Shown piece after piece: positions 19,762 through 29,530 of a stretch of 64,000 bases of DNA. The position numbers and the translations under genes are program-made. How positions within the stretch are numbered: the first letter of the stretch is position 1; each line of letters starts with the position of its first letter. Source of the stretch: Candidatus Bathyarchaeota archaeon (lineage in GTDB: Archaea; Thermoproteota; Bathyarchaeia; Bathyarchaeales; Bathycorpusculaceae); contig CAVZPM010000001.1 of the NCBI GenBank assembly GCA_963777155.1, positions 128,001 to 192,000 on the forward strand. The letters run 5' to 3'. The notes beneath the pieces are model-generated. The model worked only from the letters and a program-made list of their open reading frames with translations, was not told where the DNA came from and ran no database searches.

Positions 19762-21108
19762 ATGGCGCGACGCGTAATCGTTATCGGCGCTAACGCAGCA
19801 GGCGTTGAAGCTGCCTCAGCTGCACGCAAAAAAGACCGCGCAGCAGAAATCACCCTCATAACCAACGAGAAGAATGCAGGCTACTCACGTTGCGGCTTGC
19901 CATTTGTCATCGGCGGACATATAGCGAATTTTTATGACTTGATAGTTTATCCACCAGCATACTTCCAGATGCTAAAACTCAACCTCCGCAACGAGACAAA
20001 AGCCACCGCAATCAACACGAAAGACAAAACCGTAACCATCGCCACAAAAGAAGGCGCCAGTGAAGTGTTACCATACGACAGCCTCGTGATTGCGACAGGT
20101 GCCGACTCCTTTATGCCGCCAATCAAAGGCAAAGAAAAACAGGGCATCCTAAGCCTCCGAGGCATTGAAGACGGTCAAAAAATCGATGCAGCCGTTAAAG
20201 CAGGTGCCAAATCAGCCGTCATCATGGGCGCAGGACTAATCGGCTTAGAAGTCGGAGTAGGTTTGATGGAGCGAGGACTAAAAGTTACAATCGTGGAAAT
20301 GCTACCCCAGATCTTACCACAATTGCTTGATGCGGATATGGCAAAGCTTGTTCAAGACCACCTACAAGAAAAGGGAATGGTTATTCTAACCAGTAAAGGC
20401 GTCGAAGAATTTTTGGGCGAAGAAAAAGTGACAGCTGTTATGGCTGGTGGAGAAAAAATCGAAGCTGACCTATTCATCAGCGCCTTTGGCGTACGCGCAA
20501 ACACCAAGCTTGCCGTGGACGCTGGTATCCCACTCGGCGAATCACGCGCCATCAAGACGAATGGCAGAATGGAAACCGACGTTAAAGATGTTTATGCCGT
20601 CGGCGACTGCGCGGAAGCACCCAACATCATCACCCACCGCCCAATGTGCGCACAACTCGGTACCATAGCAGTCCGCCAAGGCAAAGTTGCTGGTGCAAAC
20701 GCGGGAGGCGACTACAGCCAATTCAGCGGCGTTTTAGCTTCAGCTGTAACAAGACTCTTTGACGTTGAAGCCGGCAACACTGGCTTAACTGAGACTTCAG
20801 CTACACGTAACCGAATCGAAGTTGTCATCGGAGCAATAAGTAGCAAGACCAAAGCTGACTATTTCCCAGGCGCCAAACCTATCAAAGTCAAACTCATCGT
20901 CGAAAAAGAATCTCAACGCATCGTTGGAGGACAAGTCGTTGGGGGCGAAGAAGTCACTCAACGCATTAACTGTCTAAGCTTCGCCATCCAAAAAGGTATG
21001 ACGGTGCGTGAACTTGCTAAAGCAGACACCGCGTATGCACCGCCACTCTGCGAAACATGGGAACCAATGGTTCTCGCGGCAGAAATGGTCCTGATGAAAC
21101 TGCGTTAA
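19762..21108 (+). CDS. CoA-disulfide reductase / NADH oxidase family flavoprotein
   Basis: GANAAG FAD motif, single redox Cys in YSRCGLP, GAGLIGLE, YAVGDC, YAPP. Confidence 0.85.
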   Translation: MARRVIVIGANAAGVEAASAARKKDRAAEITLITNEKNAGYSRCGLPFVIGGHIANFYDLIVYPPAYFQMLKLNLRNETKATAINTKDKTVTIATKEGASEVLPYDSLVIATGADSFMPPIKGKEKQGILSLRGIEDGQKIDAAVKAGAKSAVIMGAGLIGLEVGVGLMERGLKVTIVEMLPQILPQLLDADMAKLVQDHLQEKGMVILTSKGVEEFLGEEKVTAVMAGGEKIEADLFISAFGVRANTKLAVDAGIPLGESRAIKTNGRMETDVKDVYAVGDCAEAPNIITHRPMCAQLGTIAVRQGKVAGANAGGDYSQFSGVLASAVTRLFDVEAGNTGLTETSATRNRIEVVIGAISSKTKADYFPGAKPIKVKLIVEKESQRIVGGQVVGGEEVTQRINCLSFAIQKGMTVRELAKADTAYAPPLCETWEPMVLAAEMVLMKLR

Positions 21109-21121
21109 AGCAGTTTTTTTT

Positions 21122-21595
21122 TTATTCTATTTGAGAAGTTTCAGGCTGCGTGAATGGCTCTGTCATTCCGACTAGTAGCCTGCCGAAAGTGTTTATGTGG
21201 TCTTCTTCCTCAGCTAAAATCTCTTCCAGCAATCGTCTTGTGGTGTAGTCGCCTTCTCCTGCAGCAACTTGAATTGCTTGCTTGTAGAGTGTGATGGCTT
21301 TCTCTTCGTCCTGCTCATTCTGCTTTAACATTTCGATAAGGCTGCCACCAACAAAAATCGGATCAGGTTTGGTTGTAGATACGCCGTTTAGATAATCTAA
21401 GCGTTCTGCGAGGCGCTCGGCGTGTTTCATTTCCGCAATAGCGGTTTTACGGAAAATACCCTCTACCAATGCGCCGTCGGCTCCTGTGACTTGAACATGC
21501 TGCCACATATATTGAATGCTAACTTGAAGCTCGCGGGCTATGCCCTTGTTTAAAAAGTCCAAAAGTTTTTGAGAAACCAAAATTATCCCTAACAA
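21122..21595 (-). CDS. Bacterioferritin/ferritin-like diiron protein
   Basis: EL..SIQY, EMKH, EE.A..LY, EEDH ligands. Confidence 0.85.
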   Translation of the reverse strand: MLGIILVSQKLLDFLNKGIARELQVSIQYMWQHVQVTGADGALVEGIFRKTAIAEMKHAERLAERLDYLNGVSTTKPDPIFVGGSLIEMLKQNEQDEEKAITLYKQAIQVAAGEGDYTTRRLLEEILAEEEDHINTFGRLLVGMTEPFTQPETSQIE

Positions 21596-21704
21596 AAAAT
21601 ACTCTGCTTAGATATTTAAATCAAACCCCAAACCCACAAACGAAGATTATTCCAATAATTCTTTATAATTGCTCTATACCAATAGAGCTGTGGGAAAATA
21701 GCGG

Positions 21705-22262
21705 ATGAAAGCTCTAATTATTTACGGAACACGTTACGGTGCAACAACTAGTACGTCCGAGGAAATCGCCAAAGTCCTACAAAGTGAAGGTTTAGACGTC
21801 AAAGTCATCAACGCCAAAGAAGAGAAAGTCAAAGACATCTCCCCCTATGAGCTCTTAATCGTTGGCAGCGGAATGCAATTTGGAAGGTGGACAGGTGAAG
21901 CCGAAGATTTCCTGAAAAGATTTCAAAAAGAGCTTGTCCAGAAAAAAGTGGCGCTTTTTATTTCAACTATGAAAACTGTAACTGAACGGGAAGGAAAAAT
22001 GGATGAACTAAAGAAGACTCGAAAGATGGAGCTCGAAGATAAAGTTGTTAAGTACAATCTTCAGCCAATCAGTTTGGGCTTCTTTGGCGGTGTTTTAGAC
22101 TTCAATAAAATGAACATAATTACTAGAAGAACCCTTGGTTTCCTTAGACCTCAGTTGGAAAAGGATGGTTTCAAGGAGTCGCCCTCTGGAGTTTATGAGT
22201 TGCGTGATTGGGAAGAAATCCGCGTATGGACCAAAGAGCTAGCGGTTAAAGCAAAACAATAG
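21705..22262 (+). CDS. Flavodoxin-domain protein (HemG-like)
   Basis: IYGTRYGAT, FGG, RDWEEI..W. Confidence 0.85.
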   Translation: MKALIIYGTRYGATTSTSEEIAKVLQSEGLDVKVINAKEEKVKDISPYELLIVGSGMQFGRWTGEAEDFLKRFQKELVQKKVALFISTMKTVTEREGKMDELKKTRKMELEDKVVKYNLQPISLGFFGGVLDFNKMNIITRRTLGFLRPQLEKDGFKESPSGVYELRDWEEIRVWTKELAVKAKQ

Positions 22263-22344
22263 TCTGTACGTCCATTTTTTTATAACAAACTGTAAACAAT
22301 ATTCTTTAGCCAAATCAGCCTATTTTTGTCTCGAAGGTTATGAG

Positions 22345-22773
22345 ATGAGGCAGAAACTGACTTTGATAACACTGGGAGTATCCGATTTGGAGAGAGCGGT
22401 TAATTTTTATGAGAAAGGTCTCGGATGGAAAAAATCTGCACAGAGTACCGGAGATTTGGTGCTGTTTTCTCTTGGCGGACTGGCCTTAGCTTTGTATCCA
22501 CGAAAACTGCTTGCTGAAGATGCGAGGGTTGATGAGGCAGGGAGCGGATTTTCCGGAGTTACTCTTTCCCATCTTGCAAAGAGTGAGGCAGAAGTAGATG
22601 CAGTGTTAGCTGAAGTGGAAAAGTTGGGTGCAACAGTGGTTAAGCGGGCTCAAAAGGTCTTCTGGGGTGGGTATAGCGGTTATTTCAAGGATCCGGATGG
22701 TCACTTGATTGAAGTTGCTTACAATCCGTATTGGGAGTTAAATGAAAATGGGGACCTAAGGCTGCCCCTTTGA
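22345..22773 (+). CDS. VOC/glyoxalase family protein
   Basis: ITLGVSDL..FY, FWGGYSGYFKDPDGHLIE. Confidence 0.9.
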   Translation: MRQKLTLITLGVSDLERAVNFYEKGLGWKKSAQSTGDLVLFSLGGLALALYPRKLLAEDARVDEAGSGFSGVTLSHLAKSEAEVDAVLAEVEKLGATVVKRAQKVFWGGYSGYFKDPDGHLIEVAYNPYWELNENGDLRLPL

Positions 22774-22788
22774 TCCCTATTACTGCCC

Positions 22789-23481
22789 TTATGGTGTAAT
22801 GGGTTCTTCATCAATAATTTTCTTCTCTGTTTCCTTTGGCTTCTTTGTTTGGCCCCGAATTATGGGGATGACAAACTCAAGAACCACGAGCAAAAGAATA
22901 AGTCCAATTACCAAAGGTAAACCCCAGTGGTTTCCATTTAGAAAAAGAGTAATCCAGCCAAAGTATGGAATACGCATAACGACCTTGCCCAATACAAGAT
23001 CTTGAGGAACGCCCTGTCCAGTAGTCCAAAGAGTGTTTGAATCGTATTCTCCAACAGTTGGCTGTGTTGGCCATCTGTCTGAACCGTTGCCGTCACCCTT
23101 TGTTTGGAAGTAAAGCGTCCCGTTGATATTTTGTACTTTAACAATGCGGTGAACTATGGGGGTTGCCGACGGGTCTGTCGGTTTTTGATAAACAATTATA
23201 TCGCTGTTGGGATAGTTTGCGTTTAAGTCAGCGGGTTTTATTTTTTGGATGATTATTATGTCTCCTACGTGTAGAGTGTGGGCAAATGGATGGCTCCAGC
23301 CGTTACATGCGCTGTCGTAGGGGACGCACATGCTGCCGCTTTCCACAACTCTAACTGGAACAGAACTGCCGAGAACTAGTTGTAAACCAAAAAAGAACCC
23401 TAAAACTGCAGCAATAATCAATCCGATAACGATCGCCGATTTGACGTATTCATTTCGCCAAATTCTTGTAACTATACTCAA
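22789..23481 (-). CDS. sec11: Signal peptidase I (S26B/Sec11 type)
   Basis: VESGSM catalytic Ser, IVHR, TKGDGN, flanking TM helices. Confidence 0.88.
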   Translation of the reverse strand: MSIVTRIWRNEYVKSAIVIGLIIAAVLGFFFGLQLVLGSSVPVRVVESGSMCVPYDSACNGWSHPFAHTLHVGDIIIIQKIKPADLNANYPNSDIIVYQKPTDPSATPIVHRIVKVQNINGTLYFQTKGDGNGSDRWPTQPTVGEYDSNTLWTTGQGVPQDLVLGKVVMRIPYFGWITLFLNGNHWGLPLVIGLILLLVVLEFVIPIIRGQTKKPKETEKKIIDEEPITP

Positions 23482-23598
23482 GGTTGCGCCTTCGATTGTT
23501 AGTTCCCATAGAAAAAGAAAACAGCATTAATAAACCAACTTCTTTCTCAGAAATAGCAAACAAAAAATAGCTCCTGACAAAGCTTTCTTTTGGTCAGC

Positions 23599-24792
23599 AT
23601 GGCTAGGAGTAAATGGACAAAAGCTTTCTTTCTGGTAATCTGCATAATGGGTTTTTTTGCAATCCTTAGCTCAACCATGTCAAAAAACCCTGTCCTGAAA
23701 CCCTTCGCTTCCAGTCTAGGAACCCCTGGCGACTTGCTAGGTATAGTGGCTTCTGCTTCAACTATCCCCGGCATACTGATCAGTTTACCCGCTGCGTCAC
23801 TCTCCGACGTGTTTGGTAGACGAAAGGTCGTATTGTTTGCTGCCTTTGTTTTTGCATCTGCACCTTTCTTGTATTTAGGCGTTAATTCTTGGTGGACTCT
23901 GTCGCTTGTGCGTTTTTACCATGGGTTTGCAACAGCAATCTTCATGCCTGTGGCTGAAGCATCGATTGCGGCAATGTTCCCAACCAAGCGGGGGGAACGC
24001 ATTTCGCTTTTTAACTCCTTTAGCGCTGTAGGCAGAGCCTTAGCACCGTTTTTAGGCGGCTACATACTGTTTGCAACAAACAGTAGTTTTTTCACCCTTT
24101 ATGTTTCCGTAGGAATTGCTGGAGTAACCGCTTTTGTAATTGCACTGCTTTTCTTGGCTGAGAAAAAAACTCATTTAACTGAATTCGCTCCTGAGGTAAA
24201 GTCACCCAGAAAAATGTTCAGCGGCTGGCTAACAATAATCAAAAACACTAGCGTTTTGGGCGTCAGCTTTGTTCAGGCGATTCAGTATTATGTGTTTGGT
24301 TCAGTTGAGTTCTTCTTAGTAGGATACCTAACTGAGGTTGTGAAGTTGGATCTTTTTTCCGTAGGAATCATTACAGGTAGCGAGATAGTTGCGCTTGTTA
24401 TTGCCCGACCACTGGTCGGAAGAGTCTCGGATAGGATAGGCAGAACTAAACCAATATTGGCTGGAATCGTAGCCAGCTGCGTCTTAGTTGCAGCGTTCCC
24501 TTTCACAACGCAGTTTCCTATGCTACTTTTGATAGCGGTTGGTTATGGGATTTCGTTTGCTACTGTATTGTCGTCAACTTCACCTATGGTGGCTGATTTG
24601 GTGCCTTGTACTTTGGTGGGGGCTTCGATGGGTTTCTTGTCAACTATGATGGATGTTGGTCAAACAATCGGACCTATAGTTAGTGGTGTAATCTTCGCTA
24701 CTAGCCTTCATTATGCAGGGTTATTCCTTTCACTTAGCCTAATGCTGATAGTTTCAATCGTAATCTTCGTTTTGCCAAAAAAGAGACGGTAA
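23599..24792 (+). CDS. MFS transporter
   Basis: About 12 TM; SDVFGRR and SDRIGR motif A. Confidence 0.92.
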   Translation: MARSKWTKAFFLVICIMGFFAILSSTMSKNPVLKPFASSLGTPGDLLGIVASASTIPGILISLPAASLSDVFGRRKVVLFAAFVFASAPFLYLGVNSWWTLSLVRFYHGFATAIFMPVAEASIAAMFPTKRGERISLFNSFSAVGRALAPFLGGYILFATNSSFFTLYVSVGIAGVTAFVIALLFLAEKKTHLTEFAPEVKSPRKMFSGWLTIIKNTSVLGVSFVQAIQYYVFGSVEFFLVGYLTEVVKLDLFSVGIITGSEIVALVIARPLVGRVSDRIGRTKPILAGIVASCVLVAAFPFTTQFPMLLLIAVGYGISFATVLSSTSPMVADLVPCTLVGASMGFLSTMMDVGQTIGPIVSGVIFATSLHYAGLFLSLSLMLIVSIVIFVLPKKRR

Positions 24793-24800
24793 AACTGCCC

Positions 24801-25466
24801 TCAAAACTGTTTTCTTTCAAACAAAACAACGGCTACGGTAAGGAGGGCAATTGAGACTGCTGCTGCTAAGCCTACAGTGAATAAGTCTGCTTGAGGCAAG
24901 TTGAGTAATGTTGGGATTAGCGGGATCACAGATATTTGGTTTCCTCCATAAATGACCAGTATGGCTCCAACGAGCACCGATGGGGCGGCGACACCGATTA
25001 GTACGCCTGCTGAGCACGATACTGCAATCATTGAGAGGCTTATGGCTAAGGACTGAGCTGTGTCTTGGAATACTGTGGCTGAGAGTGCACCAGAAGTAAA
25101 GTAATCTGCGGTTACACCCACAAAGATAGCAATAAAACTCGCAACTGCAACACAAGTATAAACCGAGAAGAATTTGGAGAGCATTATGTCTCTTCTTTTT
25201 AGCGGTCTTATCAGGAACAACTCGTAAACATGCCTGTTCTTCTCGTTGATTATGGAGACCGCAAGCATGACAGCTGCCAGGGTTCCTGCGAGGCTTGAGA
25301 CTATTAGGGCAGAGATAACTGTGAAGGGTATTGCTTGTCCTGTGGTACTGGACTGTATGAAGCGGAATAAGAGCGCAACGATGGGCAAGCCTATCCAGAG
25401 GAAAAGCATTACCTTGGACTTGTAGAAGCCCCGCAACTCGTCGATGTAGAGCAACTGCAGTTTCAT
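24801..25466 (-). CDS. ABC-2 type transporter permease
   Basis: Multi-TM, EK...ELFLIRPLKR...LSKF. Confidence 0.85.
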   Translation of the reverse strand: MKLQLLYIDELRGFYKSKVMLFLWIGLPIVALLFRFIQSSTTGQAIPFTVISALIVSSLAGTLAAVMLAVSIINEKNRHVYELFLIRPLKRRDIMLSKFFSVYTCVAVASFIAIFVGVTADYFTSGALSATVFQDTAQSLAISLSMIAVSCSAGVLIGVAAPSVLVGAILVIYGGNQISVIPLIPTLLNLPQADLFTVGLAAAVSIALLTVAVVLFERKQF

Positions 25467-26431
25467 GCTTTCTCCTCCTTCTGCACATAGTTGAGGTAGA
25501 TTTCATCCAGCGAAGGCGACAACATGCCAATGCTACTTATTCGAATGCCCAATTCTACTATTTTTTTGACTACGTCGTTTAGGACTTGGTCCTCGTCGGC
25601 GCCCGCTTGAAGGTAAACTAAGACTCTGCTCGGCGAAGGCTGCTCAACCTTGCTTACGTTCTTAACCGTGCCCAGCATCTGCCACTTATCACTCGCATGC
25701 GAGAGGAACACTTCGACGATTTTTTGGCTATAAAGCTGATTTTTAAGCTCATTCATGGAGCCAACCATCTTTATTCTTCCACGGTTGAGGATTCCAATTC
25801 GGTCAGCCACATCTTGAACATCGCTTAGGATATGCGACGAAAACAGGATGGTCGTACCGTCTTTTGCGAGTTTTAGTACAATCTCCTTGAATTGGTGGCG
25901 GCTCAAAGGGTCAAGTCCACCTAACGGTTCATCCATAACTAAGAGTTTGGGGTTATGCAAAAGCGCCTGTGCTAAACCAACTTTCTGGGTCATGCCGCCG
26001 GACAACTGAGAAATCTTTTTGTGCCGCACATCCGCTAAACCCAGCAACTCAAGGGTTTTGGGAATGCGATCCTCAACCTCTATTTCGGTAAGTCCGGAAA
26101 GTTTCCCAAAGGTCTTAAGCGCATGGTTAACGGTTCGCCACTCTTGGAAAGCCACGCTTTGAGGAAGATACCCCAGTAGCTTGTGGGCCTCAAGCTTCTG
26201 CTTTGGCAACTGGTATTGGCCTATTTTGACTTCTCCCCAAAAATCGTTGATTAACCCAACCAGAATCTTCAGGGTAGTTGTTTTTCCTGCACCGTTGGGA
26301 CCAATGTACCCAAAGATTTCCCCTTCATTAATTTCAAAAGACACACGATCCAGAGCGCGGATGCCAATGTAGTCTTTGGTTACCTCCCGAAGCACCACAC
26401 ATGCTTTGCCGTTTGGGGAATCGTTCGCCAT
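25463..26431 (-). CDS. ABC transporter ATP-binding protein
   Basis: GPNGAGKTT, LSGG, MDEP, SSH. Confidence 0.95.
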   Translation of the reverse strand: MANDSPNGKACVVLREVTKDYIGIRALDRVSFEINEGEIFGYIGPNGAGKTTTLKILVGLINDFWGEVKIGQYQLPKQKLEAHKLLGYLPQSVAFQEWRTVNHALKTFGKLSGLTEIEVEDRIPKTLELLGLADVRHKKISQLSGGMTQKVGLAQALLHNPKLLVMDEPLGGLDPLSRHQFKEIVLKLAKDGTTILFSSHILSDVQDVADRIGILNRGRIKMVGSMNELKNQLYSQKIVEVFLSHASDKWQMLGTVKNVSKVEQPSPSRVLVYLQAGADEDQVLNDVVKKIVELGIRISSIGMLSPSLDEIYLNYVQKEEKA

Positions 26432-26452
26432 CTTAATCAGCTGTTATTCACA

Positions 26453-27808
26453 TTATTCTATGCTTTCTCTTTTTATGCTCTTCGAAAGAAATTTCTCTTT
26501 TACACCCTTCAAAACCAATGGCGCCACTAAACTCAAAGCTATCAAAACGAAACCTGCATAATGAAGCGGCACAAAATAGCCACTCATGGGTCCAGAAAAC
26601 ACATCAAATGGATAGTAAGTAACGGAATCCACCCCAAAAGACGCAAACCCCACCCACTTAAGCAGAAACATCATACTTTCAATCAAAGAGGAAAATAGCA
26701 AAACACCCCCAACTCCGACAAGAGCGGGCTTAACTAAACTGGCCTTCTTTTTCCAATCCTTCGACGAAATTAACAGACTGCCTTTTGCGGCAAGTGAAGC
26801 TGCTAGAAAACAGTAGAAGGGCAGGGCAAAATAGTTGTATTTGAAAACGCTGACATAGGGTACCGTTAGATGCAATCCGAAGACCAAGAGCAGGTTCAAA
26901 CCCGCAACTACCCCAATAGTTCCCACGCAAACGGCGTCCAGCCACAGATTTTTCGCCAGAACCTTCCTGTAGAGGATTGTTAGCGCTAAAGAAAAAAGTC
27001 CTGCGGCAAATAGTAGCCATCCAGCACTATTCACAAGAATTATGGGCAAGAATAATGGATTGGCATTAGCCACAAGTACTGGGTGGGTTATGTCACTGCT
27101 GAAATATACTCCGAAGAAGTTTTGGTTGGCAAATCCTCCAAACCAGATTGCCTGCGAAAGTAGAGTAGGTAAAATGAAAACCAGTATTTTTCGCAACGAA
27201 AGGTTGAATCCTGTCTCTTTTTTCTGGAAAAAAATTATCAATAACATGGGAACAAGCATGAACACCGCAAACAATTTAGTCAATAGAGCCGTGGCGAAAA
27301 AGATCCCTGAAGCCAGCAGTAGCTTTTTTGAGTTTTTACGGATAGCCAAAAACCCCGTAATTAAGAAGAGTAGACTGAAGAACAAGCTTTGGTTGTCGAT
27401 GAGAAAAATCCTTGATATGTAAACGTGCCAGGGTACGAGACCAAAAAGAGCGGCTCCAACCATCCCTGTTTGTTTGCTATACAACAAGGCACCCAACGCA
27501 TAAATGAGCAGAACGCAGCCCAGCCCAAAAGCCGTCGCGACGCCGACCCCGTTTAGGTAGGTCAATCCAAATGCGTGGAAGGCGGGGGCATCCATGTAGA
27601 AGCCAAGGGGCGGTTGATTAATCATAAGCCCATTATTGACATAAGGAAAGCCCTGAGTAACCACGCTTGAAGCAGCTTGGAACTCGAGTTGGGCATCCCA
27701 GTTGGTGTAGGTGCCCGTTGACACTGTAATTAGGAAGGAACCAAGTAGAACTCCGATTATTGGGTAGTGCGCATCCACACTGGATCTAAAACTTTTCTTT
27801 TCCACCAA
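26453..27808 (-). CDS. GT-C fold glycosyltransferase (family 39/ArnT-like)
   Basis: Multi-TM; NWD, NQPPL, ALLTK motifs. Confidence 0.75.
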   Translation of the reverse strand: MVEKKSFRSSVDAHYPIIGVLLGSFLITVSTGTYTNWDAQLEFQAASSVVTQGFPYVNNGLMINQPPLGFYMDAPAFHAFGLTYLNGVGVATAFGLGCVLLIYALGALLYSKQTGMVGAALFGLVPWHVYISRIFLIDNQSLFFSLLFLITGFLAIRKNSKKLLLASGIFFATALLTKLFAVFMLVPMLLIIFFQKKETGFNLSLRKILVFILPTLLSQAIWFGGFANQNFFGVYFSSDITHPVLVANANPLFLPIILVNSAGWLLFAAGLFSLALTILYRKVLAKNLWLDAVCVGTIGVVAGLNLLLVFGLHLTVPYVSVFKYNYFALPFYCFLAASLAAKGSLLISSKDWKKKASLVKPALVGVGGVLLFSSLIESMMFLLKWVGFASFGVDSVTYYPFDVFSGPMSGYFVPLHYAGFVLIALSLVAPLVLKGVKEKFLSKSIKRESIE

Positions 27809-27982
27809 TGCTTCTCCAGCAATAGCATCTACTGTTTAACGTTTTAAAATTTCCCCAATCAACCCATAACAACCTTGCTGCACCAGCTACTTAGTAAATG
27901 GACTTGATCGGCTAATAATCTTGGCTCTGCTCTTTTTCCAGGTTCGTATCAGTGAAATATTAACTTTGTACGAGTTTTAAGA

Positions 27983-28771
27983 TCATGGATTTGCTTTTTG
28001 TTGAATTTCATCTAGCCTTTCTTTAGCTATTTTCCGGACCCTGGAGGCAATTAATTTACCCTTTGCCGGATTATTTATCCTCAGAAGAAGTGCCAGTCTG
28101 ACTGATTGAATATTTAGATTGGTCACACGAACTTCAGGTACAAACTCGGGAATAAGCTCTTCTTTGAGTTCTAAACCAATGTCCAATAGCGCCTTCTCCA
28201 CATCTGAAAGATCTAAGGCTCTGCTTATCACTATGGAAATTGCAATACGAGTTCCTCCCGGAGTTGTTTTGTTAATTACTATATTTTGAGTAATTTTCGA
28301 GTTGGGTACGTGCACAGTTTCATTGTCAGGAGTCATCAGAACTGTATCTTCCCATGTGATGTCTACAACTCGTCCAAAAAATTTGCCAACTTGAACCCAA
28401 TCTCCCAGCTTAAACGGTTCATATGATTTTATGACTCCGTAAGAAACCAAGTTTGATAATACATGTCTTAGGGCAATTGCCAAAATTATTGCGCCTAAGG
28501 CAACGAGGGTCAGCAAAATTGTTGGGTCTAAGCCAACCTGACTAAATGCTATCAAAATTCCTGTGAACCAGGTTATCCAGGTTACAAGGCGTCTAATTTG
28601 TCGAGACATACTTTGGCTGAGTTTACCCTTCGCTTTCGAGACAAGACTTCTCAGGATTATGGAAATTATCCAAGTGGCAAGAAAAATCAAGCCCACAATA
28701 GCTATTTTTAATAAAAGCTCAAAAGAGACTGGCAAGATAATTTGGTAGACTATTATTGGAATTCTTGTCAT
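27983..28771 (-). CDS. mscS: Small-conductance mechanosensitive channel
   Basis: Three TM, PFKLGDWV, G.V.DI, VPNS. Confidence 0.88.
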   Translation of the reverse strand: MTRIPIIVYQIILPVSFELLLKIAIVGLIFLATWIISIILRSLVSKAKGKLSQSMSRQIRRLVTWITWFTGILIAFSQVGLDPTILLTLVALGAIILAIALRHVLSNLVSYGVIKSYEPFKLGDWVQVGKFFGRVVDITWEDTVLMTPDNETVHVPNSKITQNIVINKTTPGGTRIAISIVISRALDLSDVEKALLDIGLELKEELIPEFVPEVRVTNLNIQSVRLALLLRINNPAKGKLIASRVRKIAKERLDEIQQKANP

Positions 28772-28794
28772 AGTTTAGGCTCTAATTGATTTTT

Positions 28795-29475
28795 TTATGT
28801 AATTTCAGCTTCTCTGAGTTTTTCAGCGGCTTTTTCAACTGTTTCTGATTCACCCAAAAGAAGCACTCTGTCTCCTCCTTTAAAGATGAAAGATTCCGTC
28901 GGAAAAACGAAATCGCTATTGCGAAATATGCTGGCGATCCTGATTTTTTCAGGCTCATCAAGTTTGTCCCTATTTTTACCGATTACTACGCCATTTTGAG
29001 GAATAATAACTGAAACAATCTTGAAGCCAAAGTTTGCTTTCTCATAGAGGGTTTCTATTGTTCGGCTTTCTATAGCATTCAAGAATAAGCGGCGAGTCTC
29101 TACCGATGGACAAATAGCGATGTCGGCACCAGCCGCCTTCATTAAATCTATGCTCTCAGGCTGATGAGCTCTCGCGATTACAAACGGTATTCCAAAGTCC
29201 CTTTTAGCTATCTCGCATACGGCAATATTTGTTTCATCATTGTTTGTTAAGGCCATCAAAGCGTCCATTTTATCAGCTTCCAAGTTTTTCCAAATTTCCT
29301 TCTCTTCTCCGCTTCCTTGGAAAATAGCTGCGTCCGCATGGTCAACTATATGCTTGCATGCTGCCTCGTCTTTTTCAATGACAGTGAGGAGGTGCCCTCT
29401 TTCGGAAAGGTAATGAATAACTGGTAAACCAATGTCGCCCGCACCGACTATCATAATTCGCAAAGATGTTACCAT
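28795..29475 (-). CDS. trkA: TrkA family RCK protein
   Basis: GAGDIG Rossmann, TNNDETN, RCK_C domain. Confidence 0.88.
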   Translation of the reverse strand: MVTSLRIMIVGAGDIGLPVIHYLSERGHLLTVIEKDEAACKHIVDHADAAIFQGSGEEKEIWKNLEADKMDALMALTNNDETNIAVCEIAKRDFGIPFVIARAHQPESIDLMKAAGADIAICPSVETRRLFLNAIESRTIETLYEKANFGFKIVSVIIPQNGVVIGKNRDKLDEPEKIRIASIFRNSDFVFPTESFIFKGGDRVLLLGESETVEKAAEKLREAEIT

Positions 29476-29530
29476 TTCTTAGATAACTTTATCATTTAAA
29501 AAGTATTGTGAATAAACCTCTTTTGGATGT

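Noticed and set aside
24817-25530. 237-aa alternative-frame ORF and other antisense shadow ORFs in the track
   Set aside because: Overlap well-supported genes and lack protein-like motifs
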